The notes below the pieces were generated by a model. The model did not search any database. It saw only the letters and a list, made by a program, of their open reading frames with translations, and was not told the origin of the DNA. From positions 1 through 29,233 of IMG/VR virus record IMGVR_UViG_3300048598_000092: DNA of 29,233 nt; one strand, 5' to 3'. The DNA is from a virus (Duplodnaviria > Caudoviricetes). Made by a program: the position numbers and the translations under genes. Below are positions 7,523-16,422 of this stretch, piece after piece. Each line of letters begins with the position of its first letter. Positions within the stretch are counted from its first letter, which is position 1.

Positions 7523-9038
7523 GCCGCGCTGGCACACCGCAAACGACTATGACTACACGCTCGGCCCGGAGGTTGCCGAGCTGATCGCCGGCTGCCGGGA
7601 CGACAAGGGCCCGTTCGTCATGGACCCGGAGCAGTGCCTGCTGTTGGACGACTGGTTCGGCTACGTGGTCGACCTGGACTCTGACCGGGACCGGCTGGCG
7701 CACTTCGAGGGTGCGGTGATCGCGGCCCGGCAGGACCTGAAGACTGGGGCGTTGAAGGCCGCGGCGCTGGGCAAGATCTACATCTGCGAGCAGCGGCTGG
7801 TGGTCTGGACCGCGCACCGCGGGGTGGCGATCGCCGAGGCTTACCGGGACCTGAAGCAGCTCATTCTGTCCAGCCCGGCCCTCGCCGCCGAGCTGGTCGA
7901 TTTCCACGATTCGCCCGGCAAGGAGGAGTTGGAGTTCACCGGGGATCGCCGGATCATCTTCAAGGTCCGCACGACCAACAACGTGCAGTCCTTGGCTGGG
8001 GACACGGTCATCCTCGACGAGGGCTACATGGTTGACCCCGAGCACCTGCTGGCGCTGCTGTCGATCTTGGCGGCCCGGCCGGACCCGCAGGTGCTGTGGG
8101 GCAGTTCGGCGGGGCTGCGGCGGTCGGCGGCGTTGCGGGCGTTGCGCCGGCGGGGACGGGCGGGCGACCGCCGGCTGTGCTACTCCGAGTGGGCGGCCGA
8201 GCGCCGGCCGTGTGGGAGCGACTACTGCATGCACCGGCCTGGAACCCCGGGGTGTGCGATGGACGACGAGGTGTTGTGGCGGCAGGCGAACGTCGCGCTG
8301 ATCCGTGGCCGCAAGCACATCGAGACGATCCGGAGCCTGCGGAAGGCGTTCGAGGCGAACCCGGTCGACTTCGCTTCGCAGTTCCTGGTCTGGTGGGATG
8401 ATCCGCCGAGCGAGGACGGGGAGCTCCCGATCGGGTTGCAGGACTGGGCCGACATGGCCGAGCTTGGCGCCTCGGTCGACCCGCTGGCTTTCGCCCTGGA
8501 CGTGGCTCCGAAGGGGACCTCTGCGGCGATCACGGTCGCCGGGACTGCTGAGGACGGGCTGCCGGCGGTGGAGATCACCGGCCGGGCGTCGATCGGGCTG
8601 GATCACCGGCCGGGGATCGGCTGGGTGGTGCCGCGTCTGGTGGAGATCCGCGACGGCCTGCCGAGCGGCATGGAGGTGACGGTGCTTGCCGGCTCGTCGG
8701 CGGAGGCGCTGGTGCCGGCGATGGAGCAGGCGGGGCTGCGGGTGTTTGTGCTGCCGGCCGGGGAGTACCCGCTGGCGTGCGTGCACGTGGCTAGCCAGGC
8801 GAAGAAGGACGAGGACGGCCGGGTGCAGATGCACCACACCGGCCAGGAGGAGCTGGCGAAGGCGTGGGCGGGTGTCCGGGCGAAGGATGCCCCGGAGGTC
8901 CGTGGAACGGTCACGTGGATCCGGGCGGCCCCGTCGGCGGATATCACGCCGGCGGTGTCTTCGACGATCGCGCTGTGGCGGGCGCACACGTCCGGCGGGG
9001 TGTCGGCGTACGAGCAGGGGCGGCTGGAGGTGGTCTGA
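7482..9038 (+). CDS. Terminase large subunit
   Basis: Walker A variant ARQDLKT, VWTAH, Walker B VILDEG, ANVAL, nuclease FALDV. Confidence 0.92.
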   Translation: MGSAGLLEAAPLVEPRWHTANDYDYTLGPEVAELIAGCRDDKGPFVMDPEQCLLLDDWFGYVVDLDSDRDRLAHFEGAVIAARQDLKTGALKAAALGKIYICEQRLVVWTAHRGVAIAEAYRDLKQLILSSPALAAELVDFHDSPGKEELEFTGDRRIIFKVRTTNNVQSLAGDTVILDEGYMVDPEHLLALLSILAARPDPQVLWGSSAGLRRSAALRALRRRGRAGDRRLCYSEWAAERRPCGSDYCMHRPGTPGCAMDDEVLWRQANVALIRGRKHIETIRSLRKAFEANPVDFASQFLVWWDDPPSEDGELPIGLQDWADMAELGASVDPLAFALDVAPKGTSAAITVAGTAEDGLPAVEITGRASIGLDHRPGIGWVVPRLVEIRDGLPSGMEVTVLAGSSAEALVPAMEQAGLRVFVLPAGEYPLACVHVASQAKKDEDGRVQMHHTGQEELAKAWAGVRAKDAPEVRGTVTWIRAAPSADITPAVSSTIALWRAHTSGGVSAYEQGRLEVV

Positions 9039-9251
9039 GTGGCGATGTCGTACGGCAAGGTGGCCATCTCCCGGAAGGTGATGGTCAACCTCACCGACGG
9101 GTCGGCGATCGAGGGTGTGCTGTGGGATGAGCGGCGGCCGCTGATCGTGCTGCGGGACGCGACCCTGCACACGCACAACCAGCACGCCCCCCTGGACGGC
9201 GAGGTCGTGGTCCACCATGACCGGATCGCTTTCGTACAGGTGGTGTCCTGA
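9039..9251 (+). CDS. Small protein with Sm/LSm-like pattern
   Basis: RBS GGAGGTGG; KVMVNLTDGSAIEGVL...IVLRDA...GEVVVHHDRIAFVQ; TGATG coupling to portal. Confidence 0.75.
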   Translation: MAMSYGKVAISRKVMVNLTDGSAIEGVLWDERRPLIVLRDATLHTHNQHAPLDGEVVVHHDRIAFVQVVS

Positions 9252-10612
9252 TGGCGTACGTGGTGAGCGCCGGCGAGGTCGCGGCGCTGCAGACGTTCGA
9301 GAAGCCGCGCGCGGCGAGGATCGATCTGGGGTCGCGGACGTTCGCGTACTCGGAGCTGTGGCGGACCCAGCAGCAGCTGCGGACGGTGGTCGACTTCCTG
9401 TCCCGGAACATCGCGCAGATTGGGCTGCACCTGTACCGGCGGGTGTCGGACACCGATCGGCAGCGGGTGGTCGACCATCCGGTGGCGGCGCTGATTCGTA
9501 AGCCCTTCCCGCGGACAACCCGTTACCGTTTCTTCGACTCGCTGGTGCACGACCTGGGGATCTACGACGTGGCGTGCTGGGCGCGAGCCGACACCGGCTT
9601 GCTGCGGCTGCCGCCGGAGCGGATCGAGCCGGTCGGTGAGACGTGGGTCGAGGCGGACGGGGTGAAGTTCCGCGGTTCGCGCGGCAGCCGCACCTACACG
9701 CTGGACGAGGTTGTGCTGATCCGTGGCTACTCGCCGACCGGGTCGTGGGGCACGCCACCGGTGGAGACGCTGCGGCAGACGCTGCTGGAGGAGTGGAACG
9801 CGACCGAGTATCGGCAGCGGCTGTGGCGCAACGGTGCCCGGATCCCGGGCACGATCGAGCGGCCGGTGGGCGCGCCGAAGTGGTCGCCTCGGGCCCGGGA
9901 GGAATTCCGGGGCGACTGGCAGGGCCTGTACAGCGGGGACGGCCCGGGGGTGGGCGGCACGCCGATCCTCGAGGACGGCATGAAGTTCACGTTGGCTGGG
10001 ATCACCCCGCAGCAGGCCGAGTACACGGCGGCCCGGAAGTTGACCCGGGAGGAAGTGGCGGCCGCCTACCATGTGCCGCTGCCGATGGTCGGGATCCTCG
10101 ACCATGCGACGTTCAGCAACATCAAGGAGCAGCACCAGCAGCTGTACCAGGACTGCCTGGGCCCGTGGTTGGCGTGGATCCAGGAGGAGCTTGCGCTGCA
10201 GCTGCTGGACGACGGCGGGCAGGGCGAGCTGTATCTGGAGTTCAACCTGGCCGAGAAGATGCGCGGATCGTTCGAGGAGCAGGCCACCACCTTGCAGACA
10301 GCGGTGGGTGGTCCATGGATGACTCGAAATGAGGCGCGCGGGCGGGTGAACATGCCGGCCATCGAGGGCGGCGACGACCTGATCGTCCCGCTGAACCTCG
10401 GGGGCTCCGATGGGGTGGCTGACTCGGCCATCGCCAAGGAGGCCGCCGAGACCGTCCAGAAGGTCTACCTGGGCTACGTCAACGGGGTGCTCACTCTCGC
10501 GGAGGCCCGCGAGCTGGTGCGCCGGGCGGGCGCCGTGCTCGACGGGGCCGGCCCAAGCACTGAAACCGAGAAGGCAATGCGGGCGATCCGCACCGCGATC
10601 GGAGGGAACTGA
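9251..10612 (+). CDS. Portal protein, HK97 family
   Basis: NGARIPG, ILEDGMKF, EVAAAYHVP..MVG, TFSNI.EQ, WMTRNEAR motifs. Confidence 0.95.
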   Translation: MAYVVSAGEVAALQTFEKPRAARIDLGSRTFAYSELWRTQQQLRTVVDFLSRNIAQIGLHLYRRVSDTDRQRVVDHPVAALIRKPFPRTTRYRFFDSLVHDLGIYDVACWARADTGLLRLPPERIEPVGETWVEADGVKFRGSRGSRTYTLDEVVLIRGYSPTGSWGTPPVETLRQTLLEEWNATEYRQRLWRNGARIPGTIERPVGAPKWSPRAREEFRGDWQGLYSGDGPGVGGTPILEDGMKFTLAGITPQQAEYTAARKLTREEVAAAYHVPLPMVGILDHATFSNIKEQHQQLYQDCLGPWLAWIQEELALQLLDDGGQGELYLEFNLAEKMRGSFEEQATTLQTAVGGPWMTRNEARGRVNMPAIEGGDDLIVPLNLGGSDGVADSAIAKEAAETVQKVYLGYVNGVLTLAEARELVRRAGAVLDGAGPSTETEKAMRAIRTAIGGN

Positions 10613-11358
10613 TGCTCACCAAGTCCATGCCTGCGGTCCTGCTCAAGGCGCCCGGCGAGGACGGGCAGCCCGAAGGCATCTTCGAGGCGTTCGTGTCGGT
10701 GATGGACGTCAAGGACTCCTACGGCGACGTGGTGCGCCCCGGGGCGTTCGACGACACGCTGGCCGAATGGCGGGAGTCCGGTAATCCGATCCCGGTGGTG
10801 TGGTCCCACGGCTACTACGACGTGGAGAACCACATCGGTTACGTGCTGGAGGCCGAGCAGCGCACGATCCGGGAGAAGACCGGGCTGTGGGTGAAGGGCC
10901 AGCTGGACACCGGCCCTGACGACCGGGTCGCCCGTAAGGTCGCGAAGCTGTTCCGAGGCCGGCGCATCACCCAGTTCAGTTTCTCCTACGACGTGATCGA
11001 GGGCTCAATGGGCCACTCGGAGGCGTGGGGTGACTACTACGACCTGCGCAAGCTGGGCCTGTACGAGGTGGGGCCGACCCTGATCGGCGCCAACCAGGAC
11101 ACCGAACTTCTCGCCGCCAAGGCCCTCAGGGAGATCGCGGCCGAGATCAAGGCCGGCAGGGTCCTGTCGGCCAAGAACGAGGATCTGCTGCGCACCGCCC
11201 ACGATTCGATCGGGACGGTGCTCGCGACCCTCGACAGCAACGACGACAAAGCCAGGGTGGACGAGCCGGCTCCCCAAGAGCCCATGCGTACCGCAGCCGC
11301 AAGTGCGTTGGCGCTGGATCACACCGAGGTCGAGCTGCTGCTCGAGCTCTCCCACTGA
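10612..11358 (+). CDS. Prohead maturation protease, HK97 family
   Basis: DSYGDVVRPGAF, VWSH, FSFSY, LYEVG.TLIGAN. Confidence 0.93.
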   Translation: MLTKSMPAVLLKAPGEDGQPEGIFEAFVSVMDVKDSYGDVVRPGAFDDTLAEWRESGNPIPVVWSHGYYDVENHIGYVLEAEQRTIREKTGLWVKGQLDTGPDDRVARKVAKLFRGRRITQFSFSYDVIEGSMGHSEAWGDYYDLRKLGLYEVGPTLIGANQDTELLAAKALREIAAEIKAGRVLSAKNEDLLRTAHDSIGTVLATLDSNDDKARVDEPAPQEPMRTAAASALALDHTEVELLLELSH

Positions 11359-11376
11359 TTCAGAAAGGAGTGAGCC

Positions 11377-12735
11377 GTGGCGCTCACCAAGTACCAGCGG
11401 CTTCTGACCGAGGCGCTGGAGATCACCCGGGCCGCCAAGGCCATCGCCGAGAAGGCCGACGCCGAGAGCCGCGAGATGACCGCGGAAGAGCGGGCCGACT
11501 TCGAGGCGAAGGGGGTCCAGATCGCCGAGAAGAAGGCGGCGGCCGAGATCGCGAAGAAGGACGAGGGGATCTTGGCGCAGGCCAAGGAGCTCGCCGACCT
11601 GATCGGCCCCGAGGCGGTCGAGGACCTGGTCGTGCAGAAGGCTGCGACGCCGCACCGTGACCCGGCCGGCAAGAGCCTCGGCGAGACCTTCGTCACCTCC
11701 CCGCAGTTCAAGGCGATGCTGAAGCAGTTCACCGCCGCGGACGGCTCGGTCAACATCAACGAGAAGATGCGGATCCAGTCGGATCCGGTCAACTTCAAGT
11801 CGCTGATCCGGCAGAAGGCGCTGTTCGTGGGTGGCTCGTCCACCTCGGTCGGCGGCTTCGTCGTGCCGGATCGGACCGACATCGTCGAGATGCTGGGCCG
11901 GCGGCCGCTGACCATCCGGGATCTGATCTCGGTTCGTCGGACGACTTCCGACACGGTGGAGTACGTCAAGCAGCTGGCTCACACCAACGCCGCGGCGCCC
12001 GTGGCGGAGGCGACCAGCTCGGCGGCGCCGACCACGGGTGCGAGCTCCGGCGCGGCGCTGACGCTGGACCCGAACGGTGGCTACAAGCCGGAGGGCGCCT
12101 GGACCTTCCAGAAGGCCACGGCGGTCGTGAAGACCATCGCCGAGTGGGTGCCGGCCACCAAGCGGGCGCTCGCCGACGTGGCTGCCCTGGAGGGCCTGAT
12201 CAACGACGAGCTGGTCGCGGACCTGCAGGAGACCGAGGAGACCCAGATCCTCACCGGCAACGGGACCGGTGAGAACCTGCAGGGCATCCTCACCACCTCT
12301 GGCATCCAGACCACGGCGGCGGTCACCACCAACGACGCCACCTGGTTCGGCAGCTTCCGCACGGCCAAGCGGCTGGCGCGCACGGTGGGCCGGGTGAACC
12401 CGACCGCGGTCGTGGTCAACCCGGTGCAGGGCGAGAAGATCGACACCGCGAAGGATGCCCAGAACCGGTTCTACGGGCCGGGTCCGTTCTTCGCCGAGGA
12501 TCAGCGTCGCCTGTGGGGCATGCCGGTCATCGAGTCGGAGGCGGTCACCGCCGGCACCGCGCTGGTGGGCGACTTCTCCAAGGCGGTCCTGTGGGATCGG
12601 GAGCAGTCCACGGTGAGCGTCAGCGACTCGCACGCGGACTTCTTCATCCGCAACCTGGTCGCGATCCTCGCCGAGGAGCGTGTGGCCTTCGCGGTCACCC
12701 GCCCGACCGCGTTCGTCACCGTCACCGGGCTGTGA
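11377..12735 (+). CDS. Major capsid protein, HK97 fold (N-terminal scaffold domain)
   Basis: Coiled-coil N-terminus, GGFVVP, KPE, QILTGNGTG.NLQGI, LWGMPV, FIRNLVAILAEER; RBS AAAGGAG. Confidence 0.96.
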   Translation: MALTKYQRLLTEALEITRAAKAIAEKADAESREMTAEERADFEAKGVQIAEKKAAAEIAKKDEGILAQAKELADLIGPEAVEDLVVQKAATPHRDPAGKSLGETFVTSPQFKAMLKQFTAADGSVNINEKMRIQSDPVNFKSLIRQKALFVGGSSTSVGGFVVPDRTDIVEMLGRRPLTIRDLISVRRTTSDTVEYVKQLAHTNAAAPVAEATSSAAPTTGASSGAALTLDPNGGYKPEGAWTFQKATAVVKTIAEWVPATKRALADVAALEGLINDELVADLQETEETQILTGNGTGENLQGILTTSGIQTTAAVTTNDATWFGSFRTAKRLARTVGRVNPTAVVVNPVQGEKIDTAKDAQNRFYGPGPFFAEDQRRLWGMPVIESEAVTAGTALVGDFSKAVLWDREQSTVSVSDSHADFFIRNLVAILAEERVAFAVTRPTAFVTVTGL

Positions 12736-12739
12736 CCTG

Positions 12740-13135
12740 ATGGCTGGTCGGTGCCCCGTATGCGGGGCTGTGAACTCCGTGTGCGGGGCACCGACCACCG
12801 GGTCTCACCCCGACACCATCTTCCACGACGAGATCCAGAGGGGATCAACCATGAGCGAACTGAAGCCGTACCGGGTGCGGATGAACGGGTGGGACACCAC
12901 CCTGCTGCTGAGCGATGACGACGCCGAGTTGCGTCGGAGTCTGGGGCAGGAGTTCCTGGACGACCCGGCTGAGGTCGTCGCCGTGCCGGCTGAGGACCTC
13001 GAGCCGGACGCTGCCCCGGCCGAGGTCACGGTCGGTGAGGACGGGATCCCCGTCCTTCAGCCGGCTGAAGAGGCGGAGCAGAAGGAAGCGGCCGCGCCGC
13101 CGAACAAGGCCCGTCGGGCAACCAACAAGCACTGA
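12740..13135 (+). CDS. Hypothetical post-capsid protein (alternative start ATG 12851)
   Basis: N-terminal CPVCG...CG; second ATG preceded by GAGGGGA; acidic body, basic PNKARRATNK end. Confidence 0.65.
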   Translation: MAGRCPVCGAVNSVCGAPTTGSHPDTIFHDEIQRGSTMSELKPYRVRMNGWDTTLLLSDDDAELRRSLGQEFLDDPAEVVAVPAEDLEPDAAPAEVTVGEDGIPVLQPAEEAEQKEAAAPPNKARRATNKH

Positions 13136-13148
13136 GCGGGGCTGGCCG

Positions 13149-13610
13149 ATGTTCCTCAACATGGATGCCGTCAGGCGCTACGTGAACGTGACGGCGGCCC
13201 AGGATCAGGCGGGGCTGGAGGAGGACGCAGCGACTGCCTGCCAGTGGGTGGAGGACGAGGCCGGCCCTATCGCCCAGCGCACCGTCACCGAGCGTGCCTG
13301 GTCGACCGGCGGCTATCTTCGGTTGGCCGAGACGCCGAGCGCGGTCACATCGATCGACGGCGCGACCGACCTGCCGGACCTGGCCATCGTGCCCGGCGGT
13401 GCTGCAGGTGCAGTCGCCGCCGGCTGGCACCTGGTCGTCTACGAGGCGGGCGCGGCTGAGCCGCCCAGTTGGGCGGTCGGGGCGGCGATGGCCCGGACCA
13501 AGCAGCTGTGGCAGATCCGGCTGGGGGCGAAGGGCTCCCAGGGCGGGATCGACTACGGCGCGCGGGCCGAAGCGCTGCTCGCCGCTCACCGTCGGGGGCC
13601 TCGGCCGTGA
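13149..13610 (+). CDS. Head-to-tail adaptor (putative)
   Basis: Position; A..WVE.EAGPI..RTVTE...V.YEAG...P pattern. Confidence 0.65.
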   Translation: MFLNMDAVRRYVNVTAAQDQAGLEEDAATACQWVEDEAGPIAQRTVTERAWSTGGYLRLAETPSAVTSIDGATDLPDLAIVPGGAAGAVAAGWHLVVYEAGAAEPPSWAVGAAMARTKQLWQIRLGAKGSQGGIDYGARAEALLAAHRRGPRP

Positions 13611-14095
13611 CCGCCGACGGGATGCTGTTCGCCGACGTGATCGACTGGATCACCGGCCATGCCGACGACGCCTTCGCCACCCTCGACTTCGACGTGACGG
13701 TCGAGGACGGCGGCGGCCTGTCGGAGAACACCGGCGTCTATGTGCATGTCGGGACGGCCGACCCGTTGGCGACCTCGACGAACGCCGCGGCGGACGCCGA
13801 CCAGGAGTGGCCGAACGCGACGGTGGCGACCCGCACCGAGACCGGCTCCGTGGTCCTGTCCATCCACGCCGTTGACGGCGGGGGCGACCAGAAGCGGGTC
13901 CGCGACCAGGTAGTGGCGGCCGGCAGGGCGCTGCTGCAGATGATCCGCCGCGATGTCCGGATGGATGTCGAGGGGATCGTGAAGACCTCGACCGGCGACA
14001 TCAACTTCGACCAGGGCCCCACCGACAACGGTGTCGAGGCGCTGCTGGTGATCCACGTCAGATACGACGCACGAATCCAAGGAGGACTCGCGTGA
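13607..14095 (+). CDS. Tail completion/terminator protein (putative)
   Basis: GTGA coupling; size and position before the tail tube gene. Confidence 0.6.
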   Translation: MTADGMLFADVIDWITGHADDAFATLDFDVTVEDGGGLSENTGVYVHVGTADPLATSTNAAADADQEWPNATVATRTETGSVVLSIHAVDGGGDQKRVRDQVVAAGRALLQMIRRDVRMDVEGIVKTSTGDINFDQGPTDNGVEALLVIHVRYDARIQGGLA

Positions 14096-14382
14096 AGATG
14101 AAGAACCCGTACCCGTTCCCGGCCGACTACCCGGCGCTGGGACTGGTGGATGTGGAGCCTGGCGCGTCGATCGACGTCGACGACGCTGAGGCCGCGGTGA
14201 GTCTGTTGCAGCAGGGGCATGAGCCGACCGACAAGGAAGCGCGTGATCTGCTGAAGCTGATCGAGGAGCTCGAGCAGGTTCCCGGCGACGACACCCCGCA
14301 GGAGCTCGAGCAGGTTCCCGGCGACGACACCCCGCAGGAGCTCGAGCAGGTTCCCGGCGACGACACCCCGCAGGAGGCGTGA
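14092..14382 (+). CDS. Small acidic hypothetical protein with ELEQVPGDDTPQ x3
   Basis: RBS AAGGAGG; GTGA and TGATG coupling. Confidence 0.75.
   Translation: MKMKNPYPFPADYPALGLVDVEPGASIDVDDAEAAVSLLQQGHEPTDKEARDLLKLIEELEQVPGDDTPQELEQVPGDDTPQELEQVPGDDTPQEA
14266..14373 (+). repeat. Perfect 36-bp tandem repeat x3 (coding)
   Basis: GAGCTCGAGCAGGTTCCCGGCGACGACACCCCGCAG at 14266, 14302 and 14338. Confidence 0.97.
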
Positions 14383-15392
14383 TGGCCAGCGTTCTCGACG
14401 CCCAGTTCGGAATCGGTGAGGAGACCACCTACGGCACGCCAGTCGCGGTCACCCGTTTCTTCGAGCTGAGCTCTGGTGACGGCTTCGACTACCGGCCCAA
14501 CCGGGTCCAGGGGGCAGGCCTGCGGGTCAATGCGATCGGGCCGCGGCGAGCCCGCCGGGTGACCCCGAACGGCGACTACGGCGGCTCGTTCAACCTGGAT
14601 GTGCTGAGCCGCGGGTTCGGCCTGCTGCTGAACAAGCTGCTCGGCATCTCCACCTCGACGGTGGTGAGCGGGGCGACCTACCAGCAGGTGCACACCCTAG
14701 GTGGCCCTCTGAAGCCGTTCACCGCCCAGCTGGGGGTTCCGCGGATCCAGACGGACGGGTCGACGGTGGTCGACCCGTTGACGGCGACGGGCTGCACGGT
14801 GCCGTCGTGGGGGCTGAGCCTCGACAACGCCGACATTCTGAAGGTGAAGTTCGATGTCGACGCGCGGGACATGGCGACGGCTACGGCGCTGGCGACGGCG
14901 TCCTATCCGGCCTCCTCGAACCTGTTCAGCTTCGCCGGGGCGTCGCTGTATGGCGGCACCTACACGGCGGCGACGACCACCGCCCTGGCGGCTGGTGCGA
15001 GTCCGTTGGCGAACATCACGACCTTCAGCATGGATGTGGCCCGCAACGCCGACGTGGCCCGGTTCCTTGCCGGGAACGGCGGCAAGAAGTCGATCCCGAT
15101 CCCTGGCTTGGCAGCGGTGACCGGCACGCTGGGCATCGAGTACTCGGACACCGTCTACCGGGACGCGTATCTTGCGGATTCGGATCTCACGCTGGTGGCG
15201 AACTTCACGGCGGGGAGTCTGTCGACTGGCCTGGAGACGTTCCAGGTGGCGGTGGCCGGGCTGCGTCTGGAGGGTGAGTTGCCGAAGCCGTCGGGTGAGA
15301 CGACGAAGGCGAGCTGCAATTTCACGGCGCTGGAGGACGGGACGAACCCGCTGCTGCAGCTGGTGACCAGGACGGCCGACACCGCCCTCTGA
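14382..15392 (+). CDS. Major tail (tube) protein
   Basis: GIGEETTYGTPVAVTRF N-terminus; Thr/Gly-rich beta protein of 336 aa; position. Confidence 0.82.
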   Translation: MASVLDAQFGIGEETTYGTPVAVTRFFELSSGDGFDYRPNRVQGAGLRVNAIGPRRARRVTPNGDYGGSFNLDVLSRGFGLLLNKLLGISTSTVVSGATYQQVHTLGGPLKPFTAQLGVPRIQTDGSTVVDPLTATGCTVPSWGLSLDNADILKVKFDVDARDMATATALATASYPASSNLFSFAGASLYGGTYTAATTTALAAGASPLANITTFSMDVARNADVARFLAGNGGKKSIPIPGLAAVTGTLGIEYSDTVYRDAYLADSDLTLVANFTAGSLSTGLETFQVAVAGLRLEGELPKPSGETTKASCNFTALEDGTNPLLQLVTRTADTAL

Positions 15393-15407
15393 ACTGGGGG
15401 TGCACAC

Positions 15408-15872
15408 ATGGCCACCGGGGCAAACGCGGACGACTATCTGAAGCTGCAGAAGGCACTCAAGGATCCTTCGCTGGACCGGAAGATCGCCAGGGTCTATCGG
15501 AGGCGCCTGCGAGATGCGGCGGGCCCACTCGGCCGCAAGGTCCTGATGCGTGGTGCGGATGAGATGCCCCACCGGGGAGGCCTCAGCGCCTACCTGCTGG
15601 GGCACTCCCCGGTCAGCGTTTCGACACGTTCGAAAGGCGTTGACGTCTGGTTGGGGTCGAAGAAGAAGTCCCAGCTGTCGCTACTCAACCGCGGGTTCCT
15701 GCGTCACCCGGTGTGGGCTCGTGGTGACCGGACGAGGAAGCAATGGGGTTGGGCAACCCAAGAGGTGCCCCCGGCAGCGTTCAGCCGAGCATTGCAGGAC
15801 CTCGCTCCAGAGGCGGCACGCCACCTCTCCAGCACAATCACCGACATCCTGAAGGAGCTGGACCTGCCATGA
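15408..15872 (+). CDS. Basic tail-associated protein (HK97 gp10-like, putative)
   Basis: Basic 154 aa with LNRGFLRHPVW motif; lies in the tail operon. Confidence 0.6.
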   Translation: MATGANADDYLKLQKALKDPSLDRKIARVYRRRLRDAAGPLGRKVLMRGADEMPHRGGLSAYLLGHSPVSVSTRSKGVDVWLGSKKKSQLSLLNRGFLRHPVWARGDRTRKQWGWATQEVPPAAFSRALQDLAPEAARHLSSTITDILKELDLP

Positions 15873-16225
15873 GCGCTGTCATCATCGGCGGCAAGACGTA
15901 CGAGACTGCGGACCTACGACTGCTAAAGGTGCGGGATCAGGTGCGCCTGGAGCGGTGGTTGGCGCGGGTCGATCTGACCGATGCCCGGTCGTTCGAGGAC
16001 ATCATCCAGATTGCGGTCGAAATCTCGCTGCTGCCGGATGTGAATGCACAGCGCCGCCATCCGGACTTCAAGCTCTTCGTGATGATCGGGGTGTGGGCGG
16101 CCCGAATCCAGGCAGGCGAGGACGCGAGCCTGGACGACTGTGGCGCGTACACCTGGGACGATCTGACCTTCGTCGTAGACCCGGCAGGCGGGGAGTCGGA
16201 GGGAAAAGGGCTGGCCGCCTCGTAG
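15869..16225 (+). CDS. Tail assembly chaperone (G form)
   Basis: ATGA coupling, RBS AAGGAG; slippery G GGA AAA near the 3' end. Confidence 0.8.
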   Translation: MSAVIIGGKTYETADLRLLKVRDQVRLERWLARVDLTDARSFEDIIQIAVEISLLPDVNAQRRHPDFKLFVMIGVWAARIQAGEDASLDDCGAYTWDDLTFVVDPAGGESEGKGLAAS

Positions 16226-16422
16226 CTGCCCCGCTGGCGGGCTCTTGGCGGCGGAGCCGCAACGTGACGGTCGAGCAAGAGGTTGAGACGTACCTGCCGT
16301 GGGTCGCTCACCTGCTGCATCTTCTCCCGTGGGACATCGAGCAGTTGACGTGGTCTGAGTGGCGGGCATACCGCACGTGGGTCGACGGCCGGCTGAAGGG
16401 GGTCGATGGTGGGGACCACTGA
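15869..16422 (+). CDS. Tail assembly chaperone G-T form via programmed -1 frameshift at 16201-16207
   Basis: In-frame G GGA AAA heptamer; the -1 frame is open to 16422 (...LPWDIEQLTWSEW...), directly before the tape measure gene. Confidence 0.8.

Noticed and set aside
6993-9758. 921-aa minus-strand ORF (likewise 11005-12798, 15923-18481, 17952-20816, and + strand 21870-23366)
   Set aside because: Shadow frames of high-GC genes: Arg/Pro/His-rich, no motifs, fully overlapping well-supported genes.
14266-14373. 36-bp repeats as a CRISPR array
   Set aside because: Head-to-tail with no spacers, in frame within a CDS, and no cas genes.
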